NCBI GenBank assembly: GCA_964016885.1
Contig: OZ024759.1
Location: forward strand, 11,470,001 to 11,534,000
Source of the DNA: Eledone cirrhosa
Taxonomy: Eukaryota
Reading direction: 5' to 3'
Length of the DNA stretch: 64,000 nt
Positions 1 to 12,623 of the stretch are shown here, in pieces. Below the pieces are notes generated by a model that was given only the letters and a program-made list of their open reading frames with translations, was not told the DNA's origin and did not search any database. Positions within the stretch are counted from its first letter, which is position 1; each line of letters starts with the position of its first letter. Made by a program: the position numbers and the translations under genes.

Positions 1-120
1 ATTATTTTGTCATCTACTAATGATATGATATGTAATTAGCACTCATTTTACAGGTTATATTATATAATTGATATATGTTACAGGTGATATGGAATTTTAT
101 ATATATTTTACAGGTGATAT

Positions 121-472
121 CATCATCATCATCATCATCATCATCATTTTACGTCCGCTTTTCCCTGCTTGCAAGGGTGGGGCGGGAACTGATTCTGGCT
201 TGATTTCTACAGCTGGATGCCCTTCCTAACACCAACCTCATTTACAGTGAGTGCTGGTTGCTTTTTTTTGCCGTGGCACCTCCACGACCACTTTGCAGTG
301 GAATGATAGGGACCCCAGTCCCTATCATCTCATTTCTACAGCTGAGTAAACTGGAGCAATGTGAAATAAAGTGTCTTGCTCAAGGAAACAACACATCACC
401 CGGTCTGAGAATTGAACTCACAATCTTTCGATTGCAAGGCCAATGCTCTAACCACTAATCCATGTGCCTCCA
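121..472 (-). mobile_element. tRNA-headed SINE family B with RTE-derived 3' tail and (ATG)n end
   Basis: Near-identical copies at 12278-12623(-), 15494-15890(+) and 45115-45437(+). A/B-box-like head (tggcttagtgg...gttcaattc). Tail cccacccttgcaagcagggaaaagcggacgtaaaatgatga matches the RTE ends in this window. Confidence 0.85.
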
Positions 473-495
473 TATGTAATTTTATATATACAGTA

Positions 496-920
496 CATAT
501 TGCTACACCTTGGAGAGTCACGTTGCCATTAAAAAAACACACACCTGTTGGTTTTCACCTCAATTTATTATAAATTTCTGGCTTGTTGGTTGGTTGGTTG
601 GTTGGTTGGTTTGATAACTGGAAGGTTGTTTATATATTGTCAAAGCTCTTTTGACACACAGTCTGTGACCTCCTCAGTGACTGTGTTTTGTTCTGTCTAC
701 ACAAACAAGATTGTGTAGGACAGAACAAAGGAGAGACACACAAAATAAAGACCTAGTCACTGAGGAGGTCACAGAATATGTGATGAAAGAGCTTTCTTTG
801 ACAATATATAAACAACCTTCCAGTTATCAACCAACTGGAAATTTATAATAAATTGAAGTGAAAACCAACAGGTGCATGTGTTTTTATTGGCAACATGACC
901 CTCCCAAAGTACAACAATAC
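496..920. mobile_element. Degenerate fold-back (palindromic) MITE-like element
   Basis: ~200-bp imperfect inverted arms, e.g. ttgataactggaaggttgtttatatattgtcaaag / ctttgacaatatataaacaaccttccagttatcaa. Confidence 0.75.
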
Positions 921-1000
921 CTGTTTCAACACATGTTTTCAGATAAGAAATCTCACAAAACAAATTCAAAAACGAATTATATATATATTATTATTATTAT

Positions 1001-1300
1001 TATAAATCAGTTAAATCAGTTAAATAAATAATATATTATTATTATAAATCAGTTAAATCAGTTAAATAAATAATATATTATTATTATAAATCAGTTAAAT
1101 CAGTTAAATAAATAATATATTATTATTATAAATCAGTTAAATCAGTTAAATAAATAATATATTATTATTATAAATCAGTTAAATCAGTTAAATAAATAAT
1201 ATATTATTATTATAAATCAGTTAAATCAGTTAAATAAATAATATATTATTATTATAAATCAGTTAAATCAGTTAAATAAATAATATATTATTATTATAAA
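1001..1300. repeat. 42-bp minisatellite, ~7 copies
   Basis: Unit aaatcagttaaatcagttaaataaataatatattattattat. Confidence 0.95.
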
Positions 1301-1650
1301 TAAATGAGTAAGACGTGGTCACCTGACCTGACATTGTCCACAACAGGGCAACTCATCTAACCCATGCCAGCATGGAAAAATGGATGTAAAATGATGATGA
1401 TGATGATACATATTATTTGTGTTTATACACAGAACAAAAGTGCTACCTAAGGTTTCAGGGTCCAAATTTGAAAGAAGGGCCATCAAAATAGTGACCTTTC
1501 TTCTGGGGCTAATATGAGTTTATAAGATACTGTTAAGAGTAAATTAAGTACACCTGTTTACGAAAGATAACTCACTTATTTACGAAAGAAGTAAAACTTG
1601 AACCATTAAGGTCTCATTCCTGGATATGTCAATATTTATAAAACAAACTT

Positions 1651-1715
1651 TGTATTTTATCTGATGAGAGCGTACCAAAGTTTTGGTACCCTTGAAATAT
1701 ATATAATAGAATAAA
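1651..1715 (+). ncRNA. Minimal type-I hammerhead ribozyme motif (Penelope pLTR-type)
   Basis: CTGATGA at 1661, stem II gtaccaaa/tttggtac, GAAA at 1694, palindromic stem III ATATATAT, NUH = ATA, stem I tattttat/atagaata. Confidence 0.7.
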
Positions 1716-1756
1716 TATGGTTTTATAAATATAGTTTCCATATATTAATATTATAT

Positions 1757-1992
1757 GGGGCGGTGAATTGGCAGTATCGGTAGAGGGTTGGACACCATGT
1801 AAGGGCGGTAGATTGGCAGTATCGGTAGAGGGCCGGACGCCATGCTTTCTAGCATAGTTACGTCCCTTTACAGTCTGAGTTCAAATCCCGCCGAGGTTAA
1901 CTTTGCCTTTCATCCTTACAGGGTCGATAAAATAAAGTACCAGTAATGTACTGGGTATTTGCTGGCCTTGTGCCTAAAGTAGAAACAATTAA
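1757..1992 (+). mobile_element. tRNA-headed SINE family A (central tttgcctttcatccttacggggtcgataaaataaagtaccag domain), duplicated head
   Basis: More than 15 copies in the window. A box tggcagtatcgg, B box gagttcaaatccc, and an (ATT)n-type tail after gtagaaacaatta. Confidence 0.85.
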
Positions 1993-2004
1993 TATTATTG
2001 ATAT

Positions 2005-3905
2005 TGCTACAATTATATATGGTTTTATATAATATAATATAGAAACAATTATATTATATATGGTTTTATATAATATAATATAGAAACAATTATATTATAT
2101 ATGGTTTTATATAATATAATATAGAAACAATTATATTATATATGGTTTTATATAATATAATATAGAAACAATTATATTATATATGGTTTTATATAATATA
2201 ATATAGAAACAATTATATTATATATGGTTTTATATAATATAATATAGAAACAATTATATTATATATGGTTTTATATAATATAATATAGAAACAATTATAT
2301 ATGGTTTTATATAATATAATATAGAAACAATTATATTATATATGGTTTTATATAATATAATATAGAAACAATTATATTATATATGGTTTTATATAATATA
2401 ATATAGAAACAATTATATTATATATGGTTTTATATAATATAATATAGAAACAATTATATTATATATGGTTTTATATAATATAATATAGAAACAATTATAT
2501 TATATATGGTTTTATATAATATAATATAGAAACAATTATATTATATATGGTTTTATATAATATAATATAGAAACAATTATATTATATATGGTTTTATATA
2601 ATATAATATAGAAACAATTATATTATATATGGTTTTATATAATATAATATAGAAACAATTATATTATATATGGTTTTATATAATATAATATAGAAACAAT
2701 TATATTATATATGGTTTTATATAATATAATATAGAAACAATTATATTATATATGGTTTTATATAATATAATATAGAAACAATTATATTATATATGGTTTT
2801 ATATAATATAATATAGAAACAATTATATTATATATGGTTTTATATAATATAATATAGAAACAATTATATTATATATGGTTTTATATAATATAATATAGAA
2901 ACAATTATATTATATATGGTTTTATATAATATAATATAGAAACAATTATATTATATATGGTTTTATATAATATAATATAGAAACAATTATATTATATATG
3001 GTTTTATATAATATAATATAGAAACAATTATATTATATATGGTTTTATATAATATAATATAGAAACAATTATATATGGTTTTATATAATATAATATAGAA
3101 ACAATTATATTATATATGGTTTTATATAATATAATATAGAAACAATTATATTATATATGGTTTTATATAATATAATATAGAAACAATTATATTATATATG
3201 GTTTTATATAATATAATATAGAAACAATTATATTATATATGGTTTTATATAATATAATATAGAAACAATTATATTATATATGGTTTTATATAATATAATA
3301 TAGAAACAATTATATTATATATGGTTTTATATAATATAATATAGAAACAATTATATTATATATGGTTTTATATAATATAATATAGAAACAATTATATTAT
3401 ATATGGTTTTATATAATATAATATAGAAACAATTATATTATATATGGTTTTATATAATATAATATAGAAACAATTATATTATATATGGTTTTATATAATA
3501 TAATATAGAAACAATTATATTATATATGGTTTTATATAATATAATATAGAAACAATTATATTATATATTGTTTTATATAATATAATATAGAAACAATTAT
3601 ATTATATATGGTTTTATATAATATAATATAGAAACAATTATATTATATATGGTTTTATATAATATAATATAGAAACAATTATATTATATATGGTTTTATA
3701 TAATATAATATAGAAACAATTATATTATATATGGTTTTATATAATATAATATAGAAACAATTATATTATATATGGTTTTATATAATATAATATAGAAACA
3801 ATTATATTATATATGGTTTTATATAATATAATATAGAAACAATTATATTATATATGGTTTTATATAATATAATATAGAAACAATTATATTATACATGGTT
3901 TTATT
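2005..3905. repeat. 41-bp satellite, ~46 copies
   Basis: Unit atagaaacaattatattatatatggttttatataatataat; highly homogeneous. Confidence 0.97.
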
Positions 3906-4025
3906 AAGATACTTTCCATTTATTAATATGATTAATATTATACTCCAGAAGAAAATTCTGTAGAGTGCTTCTAATCTGTTATAAACTAAATTTGTTGAAT
4001 AACCAACAAATTAAATAACTCATTG

Positions 4026-4062
<37 letters not shown>

Positions 4063-4547
4063 TGGGGTGCTGCTGTTGAAGGTGTTCAGTGTGGCCAAAT
4101 TGGTCTGTCCCTTGTCATAGCGGTGTCATCCAGTGCTGTGCTCCCAAAGCTGTGTCCCTGCTGTGAACCAGGCTCCCATACTGTGGTCCCGCACCTATCC
4201 TTCCTCATAGCGGCGTCATCAAGTATCAGGCCCTTAAACTATGGTTACACTGCGAGATGGCTTTAGGCGTGGCCTACTAGCCTGTCCCTCCCCATTGCGG
4301 TACCATCCGGTACTGGGCCAGCCACGTAACCATGGCTACGCTGTGAGATGGGTTAGGCTCTTCATATCAGTGCCATCCAGTACTGGGCTCCAACTGCCCT
4401 CCTCACATAATGGTGCCATCCAGTGCCAGGCTCCCAAACTATGGCCTCGCACCTGGCCCTCCTTATTCAGTACTGGGCTCCTAAACTATGGCTCTACTGT
4501 AAGATGGGTCAGGCGAACGTAAAATGATGATAATGACGATGATGATG

Positions 4548-4701
4548 ATTTAAATAATTTTGAAAAAACAAAACAATGCATTTGGAAAAATATTAAATCG
4601 CCAAGGTAACAAAAGAATTTTGCTAAGGTAAGATTCTTTTGTTACCTTGGCAATTTAACATTCTTCTTAATCCATTGCTTGGTTTTCAAGATTATTTAAA
4701 T
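4548..4701. repeat. ~150-bp imperfect palindrome
   Basis: Core gccaaggtaacaaaagaat / attcttttgttaccttggc, with outer arms atttaaataattttgaaaa / ttttcaagattatttaaat. Confidence 0.8.
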
Positions 4702-4749
4702 TTGTGTTTCCTATTTAACAATCCTTCAAGCAAGCTACAAAACTCTGTT

Positions 4750-5670
4750 ATATATATATTTTACAGGTGATATATTATAATATATATATATTTTACAGGT
4801 GATATATTATAATATATATATATTTTACAGGTGATATATTATAATATATGTGTAGGCAACACGGTAAAAACCTCCCAGTCCCACACTGTAAATGTGGTTG
4901 GTGTTAGGAAGGGCATCCAGCCGTAGAGAACCCGCCAGACAGTCCTATGCGAGCAAGACAACCACTCTTGCCTCAACTGGGAAAACTCCCGTCCAAACCC
5001 ATGCAAGCGTGGAATATGGACATTAAACGATGATGATGATGATGATGATGATGATGATATGTATATTTTACAGGTGATATATTATAATATATATTGATAT
5101 ATTATAATATATATATATATATTACAGGTGATATATTATAATATATATATATATATTACAGGTGATATATTATAATATATATATATATATTACAGGTGAT
5201 ATATTATAATATATATATATATATTACAGGTGATATATTATAATATATATACATATATATTACAGGTGATATATTATAATATATATATATATATTACAGG
5301 TGATATATTATAATATATATATTACAGGTGATATATTATAATATATATGTATATTTTACAGGTGATATATTATAATATATATATTATTCCACTGCAAAGT
5401 GGTCGTGGAGGTGCCACGGCAAAACAGCACCCAACACTCACTGTAAATGAGGTTGGTGTTAGGAAGGGCATCCAGCTGTAGAAATCAAGCCAGAATCAGT
5501 TCCTGTCCCACCCTTGCAAGCAGGGAAAAGTGGACGTAAAATGAAATGAAAAAAAAATGAAAATATATATTTTACAGGTGATATATTATAATTTATATAT
5601 CACAGGTGATATGTTATAGTTTATATATATTTTACAGGTGATATGTTATAGTTTATATTTTACAGGTGAT
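4750..5670. repeat. Variable ~30-bp minisatellite (ta)n-ttttacaggtgatatattataa, interrupted by two SINE fragments; also at 40-120
   Basis: Repeated ttacaggtgata core. Confidence 0.9.
4850..5058 (+). mobile_element. RTE-tailed SINE family C fragment
   Basis: gtaggcaacacggtaaaaacctcccag...ggttggtgttaggaagggcatccag...(atg)n. Further copies at 11280-11545(+) and 39738-40015(-). Confidence 0.8.
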
Positions 5671-5731
5671 CTTTAATTAATATTAATTGTATTCTTTTTT
5701 CTTTTCTTTGTTTTTTTTTTTAACTTCAAAG

Positions 5732-5743
5732 CTGATTGGGAAG
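5732..5743 (+). CDS. Candidate 12-nt phase-1 microexon CTGATTGGGAAG, (A)DWE
   Basis: Long pyrimidine tract ...ttcttttctttgtttttttttttaacttcaaAG, then the exon, then donor GTattt. Length is divisible by 3. Shares TGGGAAG|gtatttat with the 25421 exon. Confidence 0.6.
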
Positions 5744-6184
5744 GTATTTATAAATTTATACTTTTTATATTTTTAATCCAAGTTTTAATCCCTGACATCT
5801 TGTTCTCCCAGTTCTGCTTCTTTTTCACCATTCTACTTTTTTATGTTCTTTTTTTTTATGCTTTTAATGTGATGGCCTAATGGTTAGGGTGTTGGACTGT
5901 CGATCATTATGTGGTGGGTTCAATTCCTGGATGGGGCAGCATGCTGTGCACTTAAAAAAATCAATCATTAGGGTCTTTATACACCACTGTATATATATAG
6001 TGGTAAGAAACCCCACTCAAGTGAGTGTGTCAGCCATTAATATATATATTTTGAACTATGGATTTGTAGGTCCAGGAAACCCCACTCATGCTGGTATTTC
6101 AAAAGATGCAACCCATACATGATCCACCCACTCCTCAAAACAGGAGCTCATTATCCCTGGTGCTTATCCCTGCTCTCTTTGAGT

Positions 6185-6403
6185 TGTGCTACTAAGAGAG
6201 AATGCTATCCTCCTGGACAGGACACCAGTCCATCACAGGGTTAAACCCCCAGCTATTGCTGGTAACACATTTTCAGCTGAGAACACTGGAACAATGCGAA
6301 ATGAAGTGTTTTGCTCAAGAATACATACAACACACAACCCGGTCAAAGGAATTGAGCCCACAGCATTATAATCATAAGTCCAACACCCTAACCACCAGGC
6401 CAT
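6185..6403 (-). mobile_element. Old tRNA-headed SINE (related head also at 5870-5955, + strand)
   Basis: Reverse complement reads catggcctggtggttagggtgttggac...ttcttgagcaaaacacttcatttc...ccctgtgatggactggtgtcctgtccagg. Confidence 0.65.
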
Positions 6404-6408
6404 GTATA

Positions 6409-6680
6409 TACCATATCTACACAAATATAAGCTGAACCCCATTATTTTGTGTTTGAGAAATGGGCAAAAATCCAAACCTTATTTATCTAAAATTTGAAGT
6501 TGATGAATATTGTCAAAATATTGACCTCTATTATAAAGTGACCCCAACTTCTATCAATTTTGGGGGTCACACATTCCTTAAAATTGTCAAAATATTGACC
6601 CCTATTATAAACTGACCCCATCTTCTATCAACTTTTTGGGGTCACATATTCCTCAGCTTCTATTGGTGTATATACAGTAT
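6409..6680 (+). mobile_element. pogo/Tc2-like MITE (copies at 20240-20450 - strand and 37033-37209 + strand)
   Basis: Degenerate TIRs taccatatctacacaaatataagc / gcttctattggtgtatatacagta and a shared internal tgagaaatgggcaaaa...ggtcacatattcct. Confidence 0.6.
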
Positions 6681-6905
6681 ATTCAATATATATTCATGTG
6701 TGAGTATATATTGGTGTATATGCAGTAGATACAATATATATTCATGTGTGAATATATATTGCTGTATATGCAGTAGATACAATATATATTCTCCTGTGAG
6801 TATATATTGGTGTATATGCAGTAGATTCAATATATATTCATGTGTGAATATATATTGGTGTATATGCAGTAGATACAATATATATTCTCCTGTGAATATA
6901 TATTG
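6660..6905. repeat. 48-bp minisatellite derived from the MITE terminus, ~5 copies
   Basis: Unit tattggtgtatatgcagtagatacaatatatattcatgtgtgaatata. Confidence 0.85.
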
Positions 6906-7167
6906 TATTTTGGTTAAGAAAATGTCATGTTTTAAAAATATATTTCTACATTTTTAGCTTGTTTTGTCGTTTTCTTTTAATTTTTATGCTGTAGTTTATG
7001 TAGTGTTTTTCTTTATATTATCAAGTCTTCTCAGTGTTAAATATTCCCGCTTTCTACCCTCTTTCTTCATTGTATCTGTGGTCCCCTTACTTCTTATTTC
7101 AGTACATATTATATATATATATATATATATATACTGTGCAATACATATAGAAAATATATATATAATA

Positions 7168-7266
<99 letters not shown>

Positions 7267-7351
7267 TGTGCAATACATCTAGAAAATATATATATAATAT
7301 AATATTATATATAAACACACTGTGCAATACGTCTAGAGAATACATATATAA

Positions 7352-7540
7352 AATAATTGTTTCTACTTTAGGCACAAGGCCAGCAATTACCCAGTACATT
7401 ACTGGTACTTTATTTTATCGACCCCCCGTAAGGATGAAAAGCAAAGTTAACCTCGGCGGGATTTGAACTCAGAATGGCAAGGGCCGTAACTCTATGCGTC
7501 AAAGCATGGTGTCTGACCCGCTACCGATACTGCCAATCCT
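7352..7540 (-). mobile_element. SINE family A
   Basis: Reverse complement of the family A consensus. Confidence 0.85.
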
Positions 7541-7631
7541 TATATATATATATATACACACACTGTGCAATATTTCAAGAGGGTATAGGAACTGTACGTA
7601 GAAATTATTTGCTCTTATCCATATATGTATG

Positions 7632-7670
<39 letters not shown>

Positions 7671-7675
7671 ACATA

Positions 7676-7709
<34 letters not shown>

Positions 7710-7807
7710 GATAGATACATATATATATATATATACATATTTGCACACACACTCATATATATATATATATATAGATAGATACATATATATATACATATTT
7801 GCACACA

Positions 7808-7853
<46 letters not shown>

Positions 7854-7940
7854 AAATTATATTTAAAATTGTTGGGTTACAACTAGTAAATATTTATAAC
7901 TGATATAAAAGCACTCGACAAATATTTGGAGTATATTTAC

Positions 7941-8243
7941 AATATTAAATAAATGGAAAACTATATTTATAAAACCATATTTATTTCATTATATATATTT
8001 CGGGGATATCATATTAACAATATGCTATGCCTTCATCAGACAAAATACAATATAAACAGTTTTATAGATAAATATATTCTTCAAATGAAGTTGATGTTTA
8101 TTACGGTATGTCGAATATATTTATCTATAAAACTGTTTATATTGTATTTTGTCTGATGAAGGCATAGCATATTGTTAATATGATATCCCCGAAATATATA
8201 TAATGAAATAAATATGGTTTTATAAATATAGTTTTCCATTTAT

Positions 8244-8251
<8 letters not shown>
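7941..8251. mobile_element. Perfect fold-back of two Penelope-type pLTR fragments, each carrying a hammerhead motif
   Basis: 139-bp inverted arms at 7941-8079 and 8113-8251 with a 33-nt spacer. CTGATGA 8153 and GAAA 8191 on the + strand, mirrored at 8033/7998 on the - strand. Confidence 0.8.
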
Positions 8252-8284
<33 letters not shown>

Positions 8285-8489
8285 TCAATAATCAATACTT
8301 TTTTTATATATATTTGTATATATACACAGCCACATGCATGGATATACTTTTATATACACACATAAACACAGACATATACACACACATATACACACATATA
8401 TATATTTACCAATGATTGATTACAATAGAAAAGAAAAATATAAAAACATTGCTACAAGTTGTTTTTTTTAATATAAATTATATCAATGT

Positions 8490-8492
8490 AAA

Positions 8493-8527
<35 letters not shown>

Positions 8528-8773
8528 TACTCACACACACACATACTCTCTCACACACACACACATGCACACAAACATATATATATATACATATATATAC
8601 ACACACACATACTCACACACCATGCACACAAACATATATATATATATATATATACATATATATACACACACACATACTCACACACACACATACTCTCTCA
8701 CACACACACACATGCACACAAACATATATATATATATATACATATATATATACACACACACACATACTCACAC

Positions 8774-8820
<47 letters not shown>

Positions 8821-8834
8821 CACACACATACTCT

Positions 8835-8887
<53 letters not shown>

Positions 8888-9007
8888 AACACAATAAATA
8901 GATCACCAAGGATCAACAATTAATATATTATTTATTTGATCATATATATCATCATCATCATCGTTTAACGTCCATCTTCCATGCTTACATATACATACAT
9001 GTGTGTG

Positions 9008-9047
<40 letters not shown>

Positions 9048-9057
9048 CACACATACA

Positions 9058-9115
<58 letters not shown>

Positions 9116-9119
9116 TGTA

Positions 9120-9167
<48 letters not shown>

Positions 9168-9179
9168 TGTATGTGTGTG

Positions 9180-9213
<34 letters not shown>

Positions 9214-9216
9214 TAC

Positions 9217-9256
<40 letters not shown>

Positions 9257-9296
9257 ATGTGTGTGTGTGTATATATATATATATATACACACATAC

Positions 9297-9338
<42 letters not shown>

Positions 9339-9350
9339 ATGTGTGTGTGT
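8490..9350. repeat. (TA)n/(CA)n/(TG)n compound microsatellites
   Basis: Direct reading. Confidence 0.95.
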
Positions 9351-9407
9351 GATGGATATTTGTATCTTCAAAAATCTTTAAAAATAATTTTCTTAGATTA
9401 CCATTAT

Positions 9408-9584
9408 TGGCAGTATCAGTAGAGGGTCAGACGCCATGCTTTGCAGCATAGAGTTATGGCCCTTTACGGTTTGAGTTCAAATCCCGCCGAGGTTAACTTT
9501 GCCTTTCATCCTTACTGGGTCGATAAAATAAAGTACCAGTAATACACTGGGGTAATTGCTGGCCTTGTGCCAAAAGTAGAAACA

Positions 9585-9638
<54 letters not shown>

Positions 9639-10026
9639 AGGGTGGTGGATTGGCAGAATCGGTAGAGCGTCAGACAACATGCTTCACAGGAGAGTTATGA
9701 GAGTTCTCAGTTCAAATCTGGCCGAGGTTAACTTTGCCCTTCATCCTTACGGGGTGGATAAAATAAAGTACCAGTAATGTACTGGGGTTGATTTAATTGA
9801 CCCCCCCCCCCATTTACTGGCCTTGTGTCTTTACTAGAAATCATTATTATTGGCAGTATCGGTAGAGGGTCGGACACCATGCTTTGACGTATAGAGTTAC
9901 GGCCCTTGCCATTCTGAGTTCAAATCCCGCCGAGGTTAACTTTGCCTTCCATCCTTACGGGGTCGATAAAATAAAGTACCAGTAATGTACTGGGTAATTG
10001 CTGGCCTTGTGCCAAAAGTAGAAACA

Positions 10027-10080
<54 letters not shown>

Positions 10081-10292
10081 AGGGTGGTGGATTGGCAGAA
10101 TCGGTAGAGTGTCAGACAACATGCTTCACAGGAGAGTTATGAGAGTTCTCAGTTCAAATCTTGCCGAGGTTAAGTTTGCCTTTCATCCTTACGGGGTCGA
10201 TAAAATAAAGTACCAGTAATATAATGGGGGTAATTGCTGGCCTTGTGCCTAAAGTAGAAACAATTATTATTATTATTATTATTATTATTATT
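9408..10292 (+). mobile_element. Head-to-tail cluster of four family A SINEs separated by (TTA)n
   Basis: Copies at ~9408, 9638, 9850 and 10080, with two alternating subfamilies. Confidence 0.85.
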
Positions 10293-10425
10293 TCATGTCA
10301 ACATCTTTTGTCTCCTGTCTGTAATGTTCCCTTTATCCCTGCAGCCCAATAATGGGAAATATCATCAGCATCACCATACCACCATTATTATCATCATAAT
10401 CATTGTCATCACCATCATACAACAC

Positions 10426-10463
<38 letters not shown>

Positions 10464-10616
10464 ATATGTATATATATATATATATTATATATAATATATA
10501 TATATATTATATATGATTTATATATATATAATAAATAATATATATATTATATATGATATATATGTTATATATATATATATATATACATATTTCCTCATAC
10601 AACACTTTATATATAT

Positions 10617-10667
<51 letters not shown>

Positions 10668-10912
10668 TATATCTCCTCATACAACACTTTATATATACAT
10701 ATATATATTTCCTCATACAACACTTTATATATATACATATATATATTTCCTCATACAACACTTTATATATATACATATATATATTTCCTCATACAACACT
10801 TTATATATATATTTATATATCTATCTATCTATCTATCTATCTATAAAACTATGCATATATCAGATAAGTAGCACTCAACATTTGGTAGAATTGGAGAACT
10901 GGAGTATATATA

Positions 10913-11244
10913 TTAAAGAAGAAAGTAAAAGATGGTTAAAAGAGTTCCATATATTTTATTATGTGCATTTCGAATACAAAATCCTCCTGGGATAAGAATT
11001 GTGTTCTCATCAGATAAAATAAGGTAACATGATATGAGGCATAATAGAACTAGTGCTAAGTCTACATATATAGACTACATATGTAGACTTAGCACTTTCC
11101 TGTAAACAAGTTCTATTATGCCTCATATCATGTTACCTTATTTTATCTGATGAGAACACAATTTTTGTCCCAGGATGATTTTGTATTCGAAATGCGCATA
11201 ATAAAATATATGGCACTCTTTTAACCATCTTTTAATTTCTTCTT

Positions 11245-11248
<4 letters not shown>
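10913..11248. mobile_element. Fold-back element with hammerhead motifs in both arms
   Basis: Inverted arms around a central gtgctaagtctacatat/atatgtagacttagcac hairpin. Confidence 0.8.
11139..11208 (+). ncRNA. Minimal type-I hammerhead ribozyme (best copy; mirror copy at 10952-11021, - strand)
   Basis: Stem I tattttat/ataaaata is perfect. CTGATGA at 11147, stem II gaacacaa...ttgtattc, GAAA at 11189, palindromic stem III ATGCGCAT, predicted cleavage after ATA at 11200. Confidence 0.8.
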
Positions 11249-11278
<30 letters not shown>

Positions 11279-12019
11279 AAATGAGATCGTGTAGGTGTCA
11301 TGACAAAAAAACACACAGTCCACGCTGTAATGTGGCCGTGTAGGCAACACGGTAAAAACCTCCCAGACCCACACTGTAAATGTGGTTGGTGTTAGGAAGG
11401 GCATCCAACTGTAGAAAACCTGCCAGACAGTCCTATGCGAGCAAGACAATCACTCTTTCCTCAAGTGGGACTGCCCCCGTCCAAACCCATGCAAGCGTGG
11501 AACACGGACGTTAAACGTTGATGATGATGATGATGATGATGATGATATAAACGGAAAAAATGAAACAAAATTTCATTTCCCACTCTTAGTACGGCTGTTA
11601 CTTAAATATAAGTATGTACACGTACATACATATATGTATACAGACGTACAATAGTATGTATATATATACATACATGCACACATATATATATATGTACGTA
11701 TGGATTCACTGAACATTTATTATAATGCTCGGTGTGTTTGTAAACAAACATCCCGTATTAAGCCGTAGTGTCCAGCAACCATCGTTGCTCGTTTGTTCAA
11801 CACTGACAAAGGAACGCTGTACTAGTTTCAAGCTTATTAGCTATCGTCAGCAACGTATACCTGCCTGCCAGATTGTTGAACGTATATACTTACCTTATGC
11901 ATATTAACGGCTGAGTAGCCCAATTTGCATATCAAGTGGGTTATATATATATACAATATATTAAATAAATGGAAACTATATTTATAAATAAATGGAAACT
12001 ATATTTATAAAACCATATT

Positions 12020-12080
12020 TATTTTATTATATATATTTCAAGGGTACCAAGACACATTGATACTCTTTCATCAGATAATG
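12020..12080 (-). ncRNA. Minimal hammerhead motif within an inverted pLTR fragment pair (11960-12170)
   Basis: Reverse complement: attatCTGATGAaagagtatcaatgtgtcttggtacccttGAAAtatatata ataaaata. Confidence 0.65.
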
Positions 12081-12277
12081 TTGTATATATATGTTGTCTT
12101 GCTTGCCCTTGAAATATATATAATAAAATAAATATGGTTTTATAAATATAGTTTCCATTTATTTAATATCATTGAATATTTACTCCAGTAAACTGTTGAG
12201 TGCTCTAAATCAGTTATAAACATTTATGTTTGTCGGACTTCCAACAAATTAAATACAACTTTACTTATATATATATA

Positions 12278-12623
12278 TCATCATCATCATCATCATTTCA
12301 TTTTACGTCCGCTTTTCCCTGCTTGCAAGGGTGGGACGGGAACTGATTCTGGCTTGATTTCTACAGCTGGATGCCCTTCCTAACACCAACCTCATTTACA
12401 GTGAGTGCTGGGTGCCTTTTTGCTGTGGCACCTCCACGACCACTTTGCAGTGGAATGATAGGGACCTCAGTCCTATCATCTCATTTCTACAGATGAGTAA
12501 ACTGGAGCAATGTGAAATAAAGTGTCTTGCTCAAGGAAACAACACATCACCCGGTCTGAGAATTGAACTCACAACCTTTCGATTGCAAGGCCAATGCTCT
12601 AACCACTAAGCCATCTGCCTCCA
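12278..12623 (-). mobile_element. SINE family B
   Basis: Near-identical to 121-472. Confidence 0.85.

Noticed and set aside
10345-10359. CCCAATAATGGGAAA after a good acceptor (ccctttatccctgcAG), resembling the ARNWE microexons
   Set aside because: It has an in-frame TAA and no GT donor. At best a decayed copy, and possibly chance.
11886-11896. atacttacct resembling the U1 snRNA 5' end
   Set aside because: No U1 body follows; it is simply the complement of a splice donor.
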